From the NCBI GenBank assembly GCA_041750555.1, contig JBGSZB010000029.1, positions 672 to 64,671 of the forward strand: a stretch of 64,000 nucleotides of DNA. The letters are read 5' to 3'. Below the pieces are notes generated by a model. That model was not told the origin of the DNA, ran no database searches, and saw only the letters and a program-made list of their open reading frames with translations. Both the position numbers and the translations under genes were made by a program. Positions 18,316 through 28,523 of the stretch are shown here, piece after piece. This stretch comes from Candidatus Dojkabacteria bacterium (GTDB lineage: Bacteria; Patescibacteriota; Dojkabacteria; J137). Positions within the stretch are counted from its first letter, which is position 1. Each line of letters opens with the position of its first letter.

Positions 18316-18942
18316 ATGGAAAGAAAAGCTACGCCAGAAAAAGAAGACTTTGGAAAAAAATATAAAGAAACAAACTTTATCTCTAAAAAACTTTTAGATG
18401 GATATTTTAAGTCAGTTGAAAAACTTATTAGAGAAATACCGGGGTCTAATCTAAATACAACCTTAGAAATTGGTTGTGGAGAGGGATATTCTACTGCAAT
18501 TATCAAAACCTTTCTTCCAAACAGCTGTAAATTTGAGGCTTCTGAGTATGTAGAGAACTTAGTTCCAGTTGCTCAAAGTAGAAACCCAGGTTTAAAAATT
18601 GTTCAAGAAGATGTGTATAAAATGGATCGTAAGGATAATTCATTTGACCTAGTATTTTTGTTAGAAGTTTTAGAACATTTAGATTATCCTGATAAAGCCT
18701 TGGAAGAAATTAAAAGAATTGATAGTAATTATTTGATACTTGGTGTACCGAGAGAACCAATCTGGAGAGTTTTAAATATGGCTAGAGGTAAATATTTAAA
18801 AGATTTTGGAAACACTACTGGTCATTTAAACCATTGGGGAAGAAGAGGTATTATAAAATTTGTTGAGAAGAATTTTGGTCCTGTTATAAAAGTTAAAAAT
18901 CCCCTTCCTTGGACAATTCTTTTAGCTAAAAAGGTAAAATAA
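18316..18942 (+). CDS. Class I SAM-dependent methyltransferase
   Basis: TLEIGCGEGYST is motif I (GxGxG). DLVFLLEVLEHL is the motif II/III region. Confidence 0.7.
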   Translation: MERKATPEKEDFGKKYKETNFISKKLLDGYFKSVEKLIREIPGSNLNTTLEIGCGEGYSTAIIKTFLPNSCKFEASEYVENLVPVAQSRNPGLKIVQEDVYKMDRKDNSFDLVFLLEVLEHLDYPDKALEEIKRIDSNYLILGVPREPIWRVLNMARGKYLKDFGNTTGHLNHWGRRGIIKFVEKNFGPVIKVKNPLPWTILLAKKVK

Positions 18943-18945
18943 TTA

Positions 18946-19815
18946 ATGGACAAAAAAACTATAGTTAAACTCACAAAGATTGTAGTTTATAATTTGTTTT
19001 TTGTTGGTACTTTATACTTTGCATTAAAGTCAATTGATATATCTTCTGTAGAGATACGTTTACCTGATAGTGTAACTTATTTAATACTTTCAGTTTTTTT
19101 CTTTTTTCTCTTTTATCTTTTACTTTCACTTGCTTGGAGTCTTATACTTGATACTTATTCTGAAAAAAGAAGTGGTTACACTTCAGTTTTAAGTTTTTTA
19201 GCAGGTCAGGTATATAAATATCTTCCATCAAGTTTATTTGGTATCTCTTTTAGAATACTTTATTCAAAGAAACTAGGTTTCTCTGTAGGTGATTCTATAA
19301 GAGCATCATTATTTGAAAATCTTCTTTTAATTTATACATCTTTTTGGATTTTCCTTTCCTTTTATTACTCATATATCCTTTTTCTTGCAGGGTTAATAAT
19401 ATACCTAATTGGTCTTTTAATCTTAAAAAAAGGTAAAAAAATATTTAGCAATTTACCAATTATTAAAAAGATTATAGTTTTTCAGAAGTTTTCATATTCT
19501 AAGCTTATCTCTGCTTATTTTTTGCAATCTTTAGGTTGGTTAGTAGCAGGCTTAGCTCTTTTTGTATATCAATTAGGGTTTCAAAATAATAATGCTGATA
19601 TAGTTTCTACAATTTCAGCTCAATCTGTATCATATACTGTTAGCATTTTAGCTGTATTTGCTCCAGGTGGATTAGGTATAAAAGAATATTTTTTAAACAA
19701 TGCAGGAATTACTGCATTAATAGTAATTAATTGGAGGTTATTAACGGTTGCAATGGATATAATAATAAGTAGTATTTCTATTATATTTATATACAAGAAA
19801 TCAAATGAGAATTAA
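18946..19815 (+). CDS. Hypothetical polytopic membrane protein, possibly flippase-like of the UPF0104/LPG-synthase-TM type
   Basis: 289 aa with about 8 TM helices. The assignment is tentative and rests only on composition and topology. Confidence 0.4.
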   Translation: MDKKTIVKLTKIVVYNLFFVGTLYFALKSIDISSVEIRLPDSVTYLILSVFFFFLFYLLLSLAWSLILDTYSEKRSGYTSVLSFLAGQVYKYLPSSLFGISFRILYSKKLGFSVGDSIRASLFENLLLIYTSFWIFLSFYYSYILFLAGLIIYLIGLLILKKGKKIFSNLPIIKKIIVFQKFSYSKLISAYFLQSLGWLVAGLALFVYQLGFQNNNADIVSTISAQSVSYTVSILAVFAPGGLGIKEYFLNNAGITALIVINWRLLTVAMDIIISSISIIFIYKKSNEN

Positions 19816-21403
19816 TATAAAAAATCTTAAAACACTAACTGGCAAATACTTGATCGATATATCTCTATTTTTAGCAAACAATATACTTTTAGCTGGGATT
19901 TTCTCATTTTTAGTTAGAAATATTGTAAGTTTAGATAGATATGAAACATTAAAATTCCTAATTATCTATTTTATATTCTTTTCTTTGCTTACTCTTACCT
20001 ACTACTACATAGAGTCTAAAATACTGATGCTTGGATTAAATAGAAAAACTTTCAGAACCTTTAACCTTTTTTTAATTTTTGTATCTATTGTACTTTTTTT
20101 TCATTACTTTGTAGGAGAAAGAAGACCTTTGCTTCTTTCAGGGATCTTAATCATTTTAATTAGATTAATAATATTAAAGTTGTCTCTAAGGGCAAGCTTC
20201 TTCCAACATTTAAAAAACTTAATTCAAAAAAAATACTTACCCTTTATAATAGTTTTAGCTATTTATTCAATAATGGTTTTATTCCTATATATTTTCCATA
20301 AACAGCCTGGGTTAAATCAATTGGTCTGGGAGAATTCTGATTCTGTAGCATATAAAAACTTAAGTAATACTCTCGTTTTACTCTCTCCAGCTAAAAGCGT
20401 TTTCTCACTAGGATTACCACTTATTATGGCTCCCCTTAATCTAGTAATGCAAACTTTTCAGTATATGAATAATATATATTATGACAACATTTTAAACCTT
20501 CCCTTGTTGATTTTTGTAGGATTTATAATCACACCTTTAGCAATAACCTTAGCTATTAAGAGTGCATTAATAAAATCTAAGGAGTTTATAACTAACAAAA
20601 TATATCTAATTATTACAAGTATAGTAATTTTAACTTTATTACTTTACTTTACTATCCTACCATCTCATTATGAGTTTCTGACAATTGATGATACTCAACG
20701 AATGTGGCTAAGAGTTACAGGTTTTGTAGCAGCTGTAGAGCCCTTAATTAACCTAGGTTCAGCAATATTTTTACTTTGCTTAGCATACCTTCCTAAAAAA
20801 AGATTTAGCCCACTATTAATTGGATTAATTGGAGGGTTATATCTTCTTGTAAAAGAACCTAACTTTGTAATCTGGGGGTTATTTTTAATATTTATGCTCT
20901 TAAAGAGTAAATCAATATGGTGGAGTTTTAAAGCTGGGCTAGTTTCCCTTGCAGTTTATAGCTTACAATTGTTATATAATTTCTTTCTTTATGGAGATCC
21001 GATTAGTGCAGGAAGAGCTGCTCAAGATGAAAAAGTTGGGCTTAAATTTATTGAACATGTTAAAAACACATATGGTATAGAGTTTGAAAGTGCCCCTAGA
21101 ATTAGTCTTGAGTATCTTGGACATAATCTTGAGATGATTTTGCAAACATACTTAATCCCCATAATCTTACTTGTAGTTATTATATTTTTTCTATTAAGAA
21201 GTAAATTCGTAGATAAATTTGTACTAGCATTTTCTATAGTAAACATAGGGTTTTTCTTTATCTTTTATTCGATGTATATAAGATTAGGTGCTACAACAAG
21301 ATACTTTAGTGTACTCTTACCTTTTATTATCTATATAGTAGTAAGCGCTTCCCTGTTAATTATTAATCTAATAAGAAAAAGAAGAGGTTTAAAAGTTAAT
21401 TAG
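19805..21403 (+). CDS. Large polytopic membrane protein, putative GT-C-fold glycosyltransferase
   Basis: 532 aa and at least 12 TM helices. No soluble domain is recognisable. Its context is polyprenyl-phosphate sugar synthases. Confidence 0.4.
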   Translation: MRINIKNLKTLTGKYLIDISLFLANNILLAGIFSFLVRNIVSLDRYETLKFLIIYFIFFSLLTLTYYYIESKILMLGLNRKTFRTFNLFLIFVSIVLFFHYFVGERRPLLLSGILIILIRLIILKLSLRASFFQHLKNLIQKKYLPFIIVLAIYSIMVLFLYIFHKQPGLNQLVWENSDSVAYKNLSNTLVLLSPAKSVFSLGLPLIMAPLNLVMQTFQYMNNIYYDNILNLPLLIFVGFIITPLAITLAIKSALIKSKEFITNKIYLIITSIVILTLLLYFTILPSHYEFLTIDDTQRMWLRVTGFVAAVEPLINLGSAIFLLCLAYLPKKRFSPLLIGLIGGLYLLVKEPNFVIWGLFLIFMLLKSKSIWWSFKAGLVSLAVYSLQLLYNFFLYGDPISAGRAAQDEKVGLKFIEHVKNTYGIEFESAPRISLEYLGHNLEMILQTYLIPIILLVVIIFFLLRSKFVDKFVLAFSIVNIGFFFIFYSMYIRLGATTRYFSVLLPFIIYIVVSASLLIINLIRKRRGLKVN

Positions 21404-22850
21404 TACAATTATACTTTACTGAGTCTAAGTCGCTATTAAAGCTAATTAAAAGTACTGAATTTATAATGTAAACACGGTTAACTTCATCACTCATGTTAAT
21501 GCAGTTTAAATCATTATTATAGTTTTCCTCTACGTATTTACTTGTTTGATTATAATGACCAAACTTAACATTTCTATAATACTCACTATTTTTAATAGAA
21601 TCATACATTACTGGAGATATATTCATTAAAGGACTTTCATACCCATCTCTTCTAGATATATTAAAATTTGAATTGGCTATATCAGACTTTGTAATATAGT
21701 AATTATGAAAAATCATTAAATCTTGTCCATTTAAGAAACCACCTAAAGGAAGGGAGTTAAAGTAGATTATCAAAACTAATACAGTGAAAAAGATTATGTT
21801 TCTAATTCTACTAATATATTTATTAACTAAGTATCCTAATATTAAATATATCCATGGTGTTAGATAAACTAAGAACCTTCTATCCTGCCAATCGTATAGA
21901 TGAACCCAAAAGACCCAAGTTATCAAAAATCCTGAAACTAAAAATATAAACTGTCTATTTTTTAAAATTTCTCTATGTTTAAAAAAGCTTAATAGGAGTA
22001 AACCAAGCAAAATAATCATTACAAATCCAAAAAAAGTATGTGTATTAAAAATATAGAATATTGTATTGGCAATATTTGGTTTTATTAATTCAAACTGAGT
22101 AACTTTTGTATAGAAAAAGCTATTAAATTCTAAAAACTTATACAAATGCCAAGGTAGAATTACTAAAAGAGCTAGAATAGATGGTAGAAAGATAATAAAA
22201 AGCTTATATAGATTATTTCTTAAATCTTTCACACTCTTAATAATTTGATTACGAAATAAATAAATATAGTAAAGAATCCAAAGAATAAAAAGATAATATC
22301 CAAAATTTTGAAATAGCATTGATACCGTAAGGCTTAAGAATGATAGATACCATTTATTCCTTATCAAGAAACAAATCGAGGTAGCTATAAATGCAACAGC
22401 ATAAAAGTCAGCTAATATATAATTACTTCCTAGATTCAGGGAATAGTTAAAAAATACTAGAAGTGCAATAGCAAGTGAGATTCTTAAATTTTTAGTCATA
22501 CTCTTAACAGAGTAATAAATTGAAGATATCATTAAGAAAAAGATACCCTGGTTAATTAGTGGCAGAAGATATATAGCTCCTAACCTATTTAGTATTGATA
22601 TTATTAAAGGAAGTCCGAGATTTCTAAAAGTAATCGAATCATTCTCCAAGAATCTAACTCCATTAGCAATCCAATCAAAACTATCACTATATGTGAACTT
22701 ATAGATATCTAAAAACCCATCAATATCCCCCACCATTGGGGTTATTAGTAAATATTTTATAAAAAGGGTAACTCCAATAGCTGTTAGGATTGATACTTCA
22801 ATCTTATTTCTTTTTATATACTTAACTATTCTTTGGAACATATTATGCAT
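21396..22850 (-). CDS. Large polytopic membrane protein, putative GT-C-fold glycosyltransferase
   Basis: 484 aa and at least 11 TM helices. An acidic motif lies in the first extracytoplasmic loop (MVGDIDGFLDIYKFTYSDSFDW), reminiscent of the D-D/E loop motif of ArnT/PMT/Emb-type GT-C enzymes. Confidence 0.4.
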   Translation of the reverse strand: MHNMFQRIVKYIKRNKIEVSILTAIGVTLFIKYLLITPMVGDIDGFLDIYKFTYSDSFDWIANGVRFLENDSITFRNLGLPLIISILNRLGAIYLLPLINQGIFFLMISSIYYSVKSMTKNLRISLAIALLVFFNYSLNLGSNYILADFYAVAFIATSICFLIRNKWYLSFLSLTVSMLFQNFGYYLFILWILYYIYLFRNQIIKSVKDLRNNLYKLFIIFLPSILALLVILPWHLYKFLEFNSFFYTKVTQFELIKPNIANTIFYIFNTHTFFGFVMIILLGLLLLSFFKHREILKNRQFIFLVSGFLITWVFWVHLYDWQDRRFLVYLTPWIYLILGYLVNKYISRIRNIIFFTVLVLIIYFNSLPLGGFLNGQDLMIFHNYYITKSDIANSNFNISRRDGYESPLMNISPVMYDSIKNSEYYRNVKFGHYNQTSKYVEENYNNDLNCINMSDEVNRVYIINSVLLISFNSDLDSVKYNCTN

Positions 22851-22936
22851 TAACCTTACTAGTAGGTTTAAATTGACTTTAAGATCTTAAAATTTACTAT
22901 ATGATAGAATATCATATATTTTGTTAAATTAACTAT

Positions 22937-24214
22937 ATGAAAGTTTCAGTAATAGGATTAGGCTATGTCGGTTTACCACTACTTATAGCAATGAGTAATA
23001 AAACAAAACATAAAGTTGTGGGGTTTGATATTTCTCAAAAAACAATTGATAAAATAAATAATAATATATGTCCAGTAATTGATGAACAAACAGAGGAAGA
23101 ATTTAAAAAATCACAGAAGCTTAATGTTTCTAATGACATTAAAAGTATAAAAGACTCAGATGTATATATAATATGTGTTCCAACTCCAATTAATAGTGAT
23201 TTTGATCCTGATTATGGTCCTGTAATTGGTGCTACAAAAACAGTTTGTACATATTTAAAAAAAGGAAACATTGTTATTCTAGAATCAACAGTTAATCCTG
23301 GAACTTGTGAAGAAGTAATGGCTCCTGTTATCGAAGAAGTAACAAAATTAAAAATGGGTAAGGACTATGATATTGTACATGCACCTGAAAGAATTAATCC
23401 AGGGGATAAGACTTGGAATGTAACTAATTTATCAAGAAATATTGGAGGTTCTAGAATTGAAGCTAGTGAAAAAATTAAAAGGCTCTACTCTGAGTTTATT
23501 ACTGCTAATTTAAATGTAGTATCTAATTTAAAAGTAGCAGAAGCTTCTAAAATAGTTGAAAACTCATTTAGAGATTTAAACATTGCATTTGTAAATGAAT
23601 TAGCAAAATCATTTGATGCAATGGGAGTAGATTTAATAGAAACAATACAAGCTGCATCATCTAAATTTAGTTTTATGCCTCATTGGCCAGGTCCTGGAGT
23701 TGGAGGACATTGTATAGCAGTTGACCCATACTACTTAATTAAAAGAGCAGCTAAGTCTGGGTTTGACCATAGATTAATGAAAGAAGCTAGAAATATTAAT
23801 AATAGTATGCCAGATTACACAATTAGTAAATTATCTCTTTTATTAAATAGCTTAGAGCTTTCAATTAAGGGTACTAAAATTGCTCTTTTAGGTTTAAGCT
23901 ATAAACCTGAAGTTGGAGATTTAAGAGAAAGTCCATCACTTGTTTTAAAAAATAAACTTGAGAAGTTAGGTGCAGATTTAAATGTTTATGAACCATTTGT
24001 ACTATCACTATCTAATGTTAAAACGTTAGAAGAGGCTGTTAAGGGTTGTGATGTAGTTCTACTTACAACAGCTCATAACGAATTTAAGGATAAACTTACA
24101 GGTAGTTTCTTAAAGAAAATGAAAGTTAGGGCAGTTTTAGATACAAGAAACTGTTTAGACTTTAAAGATATTAGGAAAAATAAGGTATTATATACAGGAA
24201 TAGGTAGAAGTTAA
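22937..24214 (+). CDS. Nucleotide-sugar 6-dehydrogenase (UDP-N-acetylhexosamine dehydrogenase, WbpA/WecC/TviB-like)
   Basis: MKVSVIGLGYVGLPLLIAM...VVGFDISQKTIDKIN is the N-terminal NAD-binding motif. It includes the GFDI(N) signature of the UDP-GlcNAc/ManNAc dehydrogenase branch. The catalytic Cys region GGHCIAVDPYYL is also present. Confidence 0.85.
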   Translation: MKVSVIGLGYVGLPLLIAMSNKTKHKVVGFDISQKTIDKINNNICPVIDEQTEEEFKKSQKLNVSNDIKSIKDSDVYIICVPTPINSDFDPDYGPVIGATKTVCTYLKKGNIVILESTVNPGTCEEVMAPVIEEVTKLKMGKDYDIVHAPERINPGDKTWNVTNLSRNIGGSRIEASEKIKRLYSEFITANLNVVSNLKVAEASKIVENSFRDLNIAFVNELAKSFDAMGVDLIETIQAASSKFSFMPHWPGPGVGGHCIAVDPYYLIKRAAKSGFDHRLMKEARNINNSMPDYTISKLSLLLNSLELSIKGTKIALLGLSYKPEVGDLRESPSLVLKNKLEKLGADLNVYEPFVLSLSNVKTLEEAVKGCDVVLLTTAHNEFKDKLTGSFLKKMKVRAVLDTRNCLDFKDIRKNKVLYTGIGRS

Positions 24215-25674
24215 TGAAATTAATACAAGATAGATTAGCAGTTTATACAGCAATATATGGGGGTACCGATATATTAATCGATCCCCCTATAATTCCAGCT
24301 AATTGTGATTTCTTTTGTTTTACAGATAGAGATGATGTAGATTCTAGTATTTTTAAAGTAATTAAAACTCCTAGACTATTTCCTAATGATACTAATAGAT
24401 CTGCTAAATTCTTTAAAGTATTTCCACATAAAGTATTACCCGACTATGAATACTCTTTTTGGATAGATGCTAGAACATATATTAAAGATGAAAATATATT
24501 TAAAAAAACTGTTAACTTACTTAAGGATAATAACTTAGCAATATTTAAACACCCTGAACGAACTTCAATTTATGATGAGGCTAAAACTTGTATAGATTGG
24601 GGTAAAGATAAGGCTGAAATTATTAATCCTCAAATAGAAAAATACAAAAAGGATGGTTACTTAGATCAAGTAAGATTAATTGCAGGTACTTTCATATTTA
24701 GAAGACATCATTCTCGCGATGTAATTAAATTTGAAGAAGGTTGGTGGAAAGAAATACTAAAACACAGTAAAAGAGATCAGATTAGTTTCCCATATATTGC
24801 ATGGAAAACTAAGTTAAAGTTTAACGTAATTGAGAAAGACACTAACAACAACAACTTAGTTGGGGTATTAAGGTATAGAGAAAGAGATACACTTAAAACA
24901 ATAAAGATTTCAAATAAAAAGAACGGGAACAATATTGTTATTTACTCTGCTCTATTTGGAGACATAGACAACTATATTGAACATAATAAAATACCGGGGT
25001 GTGATATTGTACTTTTTACTGATAATAAAGAGTTAAAGCTTAAAAATACTAAAAAGATATTAATTGATCCTAATGGTTTTGATTCTAGAAAACTAGCTAG
25101 AATGTTTAAAACATTACCACATAAGTTTTTCCCAAACTATGAATACTCAATATGGATTGATGCTAGTATAGAAATAACTAATGATGCACTTGTAGATTTA
25201 ACATATAACTCTATTCAAACAAAAGATCTGGCGTGTTTCAAACATATGCATAGAGACACTCTTTATGATGAAGTTAATTCATGTTTAGAAAGAAAAAAAG
25301 ATAATCCATTTATTCTTACAACACAATACAGAGACTATAAAGCGGATAAATTTATTGATAATGGAACATTAATAGAATCAGGTGTATTAATAAGAAAACA
25401 CATGAATCCAGCATTAATTACCTTTTCTGAGAATTGGTGGAAAGAGATAAAAAAGTATTCAATAAGAGATCAGATTAGTTTTCCTTATGTACTATTTAAA
25501 AACCCAATAAAAATTAAACAATTAAGAGGCTTTATCTGGGAGAATCCATACTTTAGAGTAAGAGAACATAATGAAACTAGTTCTAAGTATGCTTCAATAA
25601 AGGTTAAACAAAATATTCTTAAAAACTTTAAGGAATACTTTAAATGGTATAAACTTTACCGGTCATTACATTAA
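24214..25674 (+). CDS. Tandem-duplicated DUF616-like putative glycosyltransferase
   Basis: Two internal copies of about 235 aa share the same motifs in the same order. YTAIYGGTD/YSALFGDID, FKHPERTSIYDE/FKHMHRDTLYDE and RDQISFPYIAWK/RDQISFPYVLFK are present in both. W(I)DA and WW(K)EI are common to both as well. The start overlaps the dehydrogenase stop. Confidence 0.55.
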   Translation: MKLIQDRLAVYTAIYGGTDILIDPPIIPANCDFFCFTDRDDVDSSIFKVIKTPRLFPNDTNRSAKFFKVFPHKVLPDYEYSFWIDARTYIKDENIFKKTVNLLKDNNLAIFKHPERTSIYDEAKTCIDWGKDKAEIINPQIEKYKKDGYLDQVRLIAGTFIFRRHHSRDVIKFEEGWWKEILKHSKRDQISFPYIAWKTKLKFNVIEKDTNNNNLVGVLRYRERDTLKTIKISNKKNGNNIVIYSALFGDIDNYIEHNKIPGCDIVLFTDNKELKLKNTKKILIDPNGFDSRKLARMFKTLPHKFFPNYEYSIWIDASIEITNDALVDLTYNSIQTKDLACFKHMHRDTLYDEVNSCLERKKDNPFILTTQYRDYKADKFIDNGTLIESGVLIRKHMNPALITFSENWWKEIKKYSIRDQISFPYVLFKNPIKIKQLRGFIWENPYFRVREHNETSSKYASIKVKQNILKNFKEYFKWYKLYRSLH

Positions 25675-25690
25675 ATATTAAAAAAAATAC

Positions 25691-26395
25691 ATGGCTAGAC
25701 CAACATTTAACTTAAGAAACTTTGACTTTTTAGATTTAGGTAGTAAGAAAGGTGGTTCAATACTATACTGCCAAGAAAGATTTAGTAAGATATATAACAA
25801 AAATTTAAAAGGTATTGGAGTTGATATTAATCCTGTAAGTGTAGATTATGCTATAGGGAATGGTTTTCCATCATTTGTACATGATATAACCAAGCTTAAG
25901 ATTAACAACTATAAGTTTAAATTTATCTCCTCTCTTGATTTCATGGAACATTTACCAAATAAAGAGTATGTTCCAAAAGTTGTAGAAAATATTAGTAATT
26001 TAGCATCTGACTTTTTATTCATTAGACACCCCTCTTTTGAGGATCTAGACTATTTAAAAGGATTAGGTTTAAAAATTGATTGGAACGATTGGAGTGGACA
26101 TAGTGCAATGATGAGAGTTGATGAATTTACAGAGATATTTAATAATTTAGGGCTTTCTAAATACTGTATAGTTTTTAGAAACCCAATACTTTCAAGTGAT
26201 AGTCCAAGAATTATTCCAATAGATGCTCCAGTAGATAGCCATGAATATGATAAATCTATGGGGAATAAGAAGTCCTTTAAGTTTAATAAACCAATCTATG
26301 CTCAAATTGATATGTTTGTTGCATTAAAAGATATAAAGAAAGATAAATGGAATAGAATTGTTGAAGAAAGTATTAAAATTCAGAAGTTTCTTTAA
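25691..26395 (+). CDS. Putative SAM-dependent methyltransferase
   Basis: FLDLGSKKGGS (degenerate motif I) and GIGVDINPVSVDYA (the post-I acidic motif). This call is weak. Confidence 0.4.
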   Translation: MARPTFNLRNFDFLDLGSKKGGSILYCQERFSKIYNKNLKGIGVDINPVSVDYAIGNGFPSFVHDITKLKINNYKFKFISSLDFMEHLPNKEYVPKVVENISNLASDFLFIRHPSFEDLDYLKGLGLKIDWNDWSGHSAMMRVDEFTEIFNNLGLSKYCIVFRNPILSSDSPRIIPIDAPVDSHEYDKSMGNKKSFKFNKPIYAQIDMFVALKDIKKDKWNRIVEESIKIQKFL

Positions 26396-28522
26396 TTACC
26401 TTTTAACTAGTTTTACAGCTTTATACAGTACTGGATATTGCATTAACTTGGCCTTTAGTTTAGCCTTTAAGAAGTTTTTAGAGTAAGGATTAAATAGATC
26501 ATTTAAAAATCTTTTAGTAAAAAACAACCCTATACCCTTCATTGAATTACCTTTATTTCCTAATTCAAGTAAATATTTTTCAATATCTTCCCCATAATTA
26601 CTACTCAATTGTAAATTACTTGAAAATTTAAAAGCTTTATCTACTCTTTTTTTATCATTATCATTTAAAAGCTCATCAAAAGCCTTCTTTAATGAATTTA
26701 AATCTGAAGCATTAAATGTATATGCGGTTGTTTCATCTACAAAATCACTTAATCCACCTACCGTTGTTGAAATTAATGGTACCTTTAATAGCATTGCTTC
26801 AAATGCTGATCTACCAAAACCTTCTGATCTAGATGCATTTATCATGGCTTTACTTGATTTAATAATTTCAAATGGATTATCAATAAATCCTAAGAAATGT
26901 ATATATTCTTCTAACTTATATTTTTTAATTAATTCAAGAATTTTAGTATAGTAATCACTATTAACATCATATTCTCCAATTAAGAGTAAATGATATTTAT
27001 CACTATCTTTTGTTTTATTTAATGTATTAATTAATTCTATAGCATCAATTTGACCTTTATTCTCTTCAATTGAACCAAGGACTACTAATCTATTACTATT
27101 AAACACTTCATCATCTTTTGTTTTAAAGTAATTAACTATCTTTTTAATATCAACTAATTGATTTCTTTCATGAAATTGTTTTTCTAATACGTGTAAGTTT
27201 GGATATCTTTGTATTAAGACTTTTGTTCTCTCCTTAATAATTTTTTTCTTTTCTTCACCTATTACATCAAAAGATCTTCCTTCCCAATGATGTATATACA
27301 TATTTGTAGATACAATTATTCTATAGCCCTTATTCAATGCTCTCATTGATAAATCAACTTCTTCTCCATAACCTTTTCCAAAGTTATCTTCATCAAAGTA
27401 ACCTATATCATTCAAAAGAGATCTTTTAATATATGTACAATATCCATGAGTTGCATGAGTCTCTATATATTTGTAAGGGGAGAATAATTCTAGTGCTTTA
27501 TTAACAATTTCAGGGTTATTTTCAAACTCTTTATTAAATTGATCTGGAACAGAGTAATAACTTGCACTATTAGATAAACTTGTAGACATACAAATATTAT
27601 CATCTTGATAAACATTAGTTCTTAATTTATCTATCCAGTTAGAAGTAACAACTGTATCTGAGTTTAATAGTATTACATCATTAGCACTTGATAACTTCAT
27701 TCCTCTATTACAATTTTTAACAAATCCTAAGTTTTCTTCGTTTTCTAAATATACAAACAAATCATTATGCTTTTTTATCCAAGTTTCTACTCTCTCTCTT
27801 AATTCTAAATCTGGTCCTTTATCAAATATTACATATACTTTATCTAAGTGAGGTGATTTATGCTTTAAAACGCTCTCTAAGCACTCTAGAATACTATCAT
27901 CTTTGTAAAAGGGTATAACTACATCAACCTTTCTTTTCTCTTTAATAGGCTTTAAATTTTGATTTTCTACAACAATCCTATTTGTAATAACTGTGGAATT
28001 TTCATTAACTATCTCTTTGGTATAAATATCTTTAAGATAATTTGAAATATATATTACTCTTGAACTACTACTGTTAATGTAATTAGCAATATCATTTTGT
28101 GGAACTATTGGTGTATAAGTTGGGTTATCAATTATTGATTCTCTAATATGCCATATATGTGGCACATTTAAGAAAGTTGAAACCATTGCTCCTACATTTG
28201 TAACTGCAGTATTTGTATATATTAAATCTACCTTTTCACCCTTTAAAAAATTATATATGTTAATAGCTTGAGTTAATATATTCTGAAACTTTATATTGTT
28301 GTTAACATTCTTTTCCCATGATAAGTTTACCCAAAGATCAAAATAGAAATGAAAACATTTAACTCCAAGTTTTGTTGATTCTTCTAAAAGGGATCCACTA
28401 TCTTCTCTACTAATTAAAAGAATTTCGTGGTTTTTTGATTTTAAATATTTAATTAATTCAAATAGTGACTCTTCAGCTCCACCTGTTTTTCTTGCTCTTG
28501 GAGTTATTATTGCTATTTTCAT
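26396..28522 (-). CDS. Three-module glycosyltransferase (GT4 N-lobe, GT2, GT4)
   Basis: 708 aa. The N-terminus MKIAIITPRARKTGGAEESLFELIKYLKSKNHEILLIS is a GT-B N-lobe. The middle VDVVIPFYKDDSILECLESVLKH...DVILLNSD is a GT2/GT-A module. The C-terminus RSEGFGRSAFEAMLLKVPLISTTVGGLSDFV is the GT4 EX7E motif. Confidence 0.8.
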   Translation of the reverse strand: MKIAIITPRARKTGGAEESLFELIKYLKSKNHEILLISREDSGSLLEESTKLGVKCFHFYFDLWVNLSWEKNVNNNIKFQNILTQAINIYNFLKGEKVDLIYTNTAVTNVGAMVSTFLNVPHIWHIRESIIDNPTYTPIVPQNDIANYINSSSSRVIYISNYLKDIYTKEIVNENSTVITNRIVVENQNLKPIKEKRKVDVVIPFYKDDSILECLESVLKHKSPHLDKVYVIFDKGPDLELRERVETWIKKHNDLFVYLENEENLGFVKNCNRGMKLSSANDVILLNSDTVVTSNWIDKLRTNVYQDDNICMSTSLSNSASYYSVPDQFNKEFENNPEIVNKALELFSPYKYIETHATHGYCTYIKRSLLNDIGYFDEDNFGKGYGEEVDLSMRALNKGYRIIVSTNMYIHHWEGRSFDVIGEEKKKIIKERTKVLIQRYPNLHVLEKQFHERNQLVDIKKIVNYFKTKDDEVFNSNRLVVLGSIEENKGQIDAIELINTLNKTKDSDKYHLLLIGEYDVNSDYYTKILELIKKYKLEEYIHFLGFIDNPFEIIKSSKAMINASRSEGFGRSAFEAMLLKVPLISTTVGGLSDFVDETTAYTFNASDLNSLKKAFDELLNDNDKKRVDKAFKFSSNLQLSSNYGEDIEKYLLELGNKGNSMKGIGLFFTKRFLNDLFNPYSKNFLKAKLKAKLMQYPVLYKAVKLVKR

Positions 28523-28523
28523 T

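Noticed and set aside
12346-22850. Naming the three large polytopic proteins as specific enzymes (ArnT, PMT, O-antigen ligase/polymerase, Emb/Aft)
   Set aside because: Only topology, acidic first-loop motifs and genomic context support a GT-C-type role. No family-specific motif could be verified by eye, so they are left as putative GT-C-like membrane proteins.
22851-22936. Possible divergent promoter (TTGACT ... TGaTAGAAT) between the 21396..22850 and 22937..24214 genes
   Set aside because: The spacing between the -35-like and -10-like elements is about 26 nt, too long for a sigma70-type promoter. In DNA this AT-rich such hexamers occur by chance, so it is not reported as a feature.
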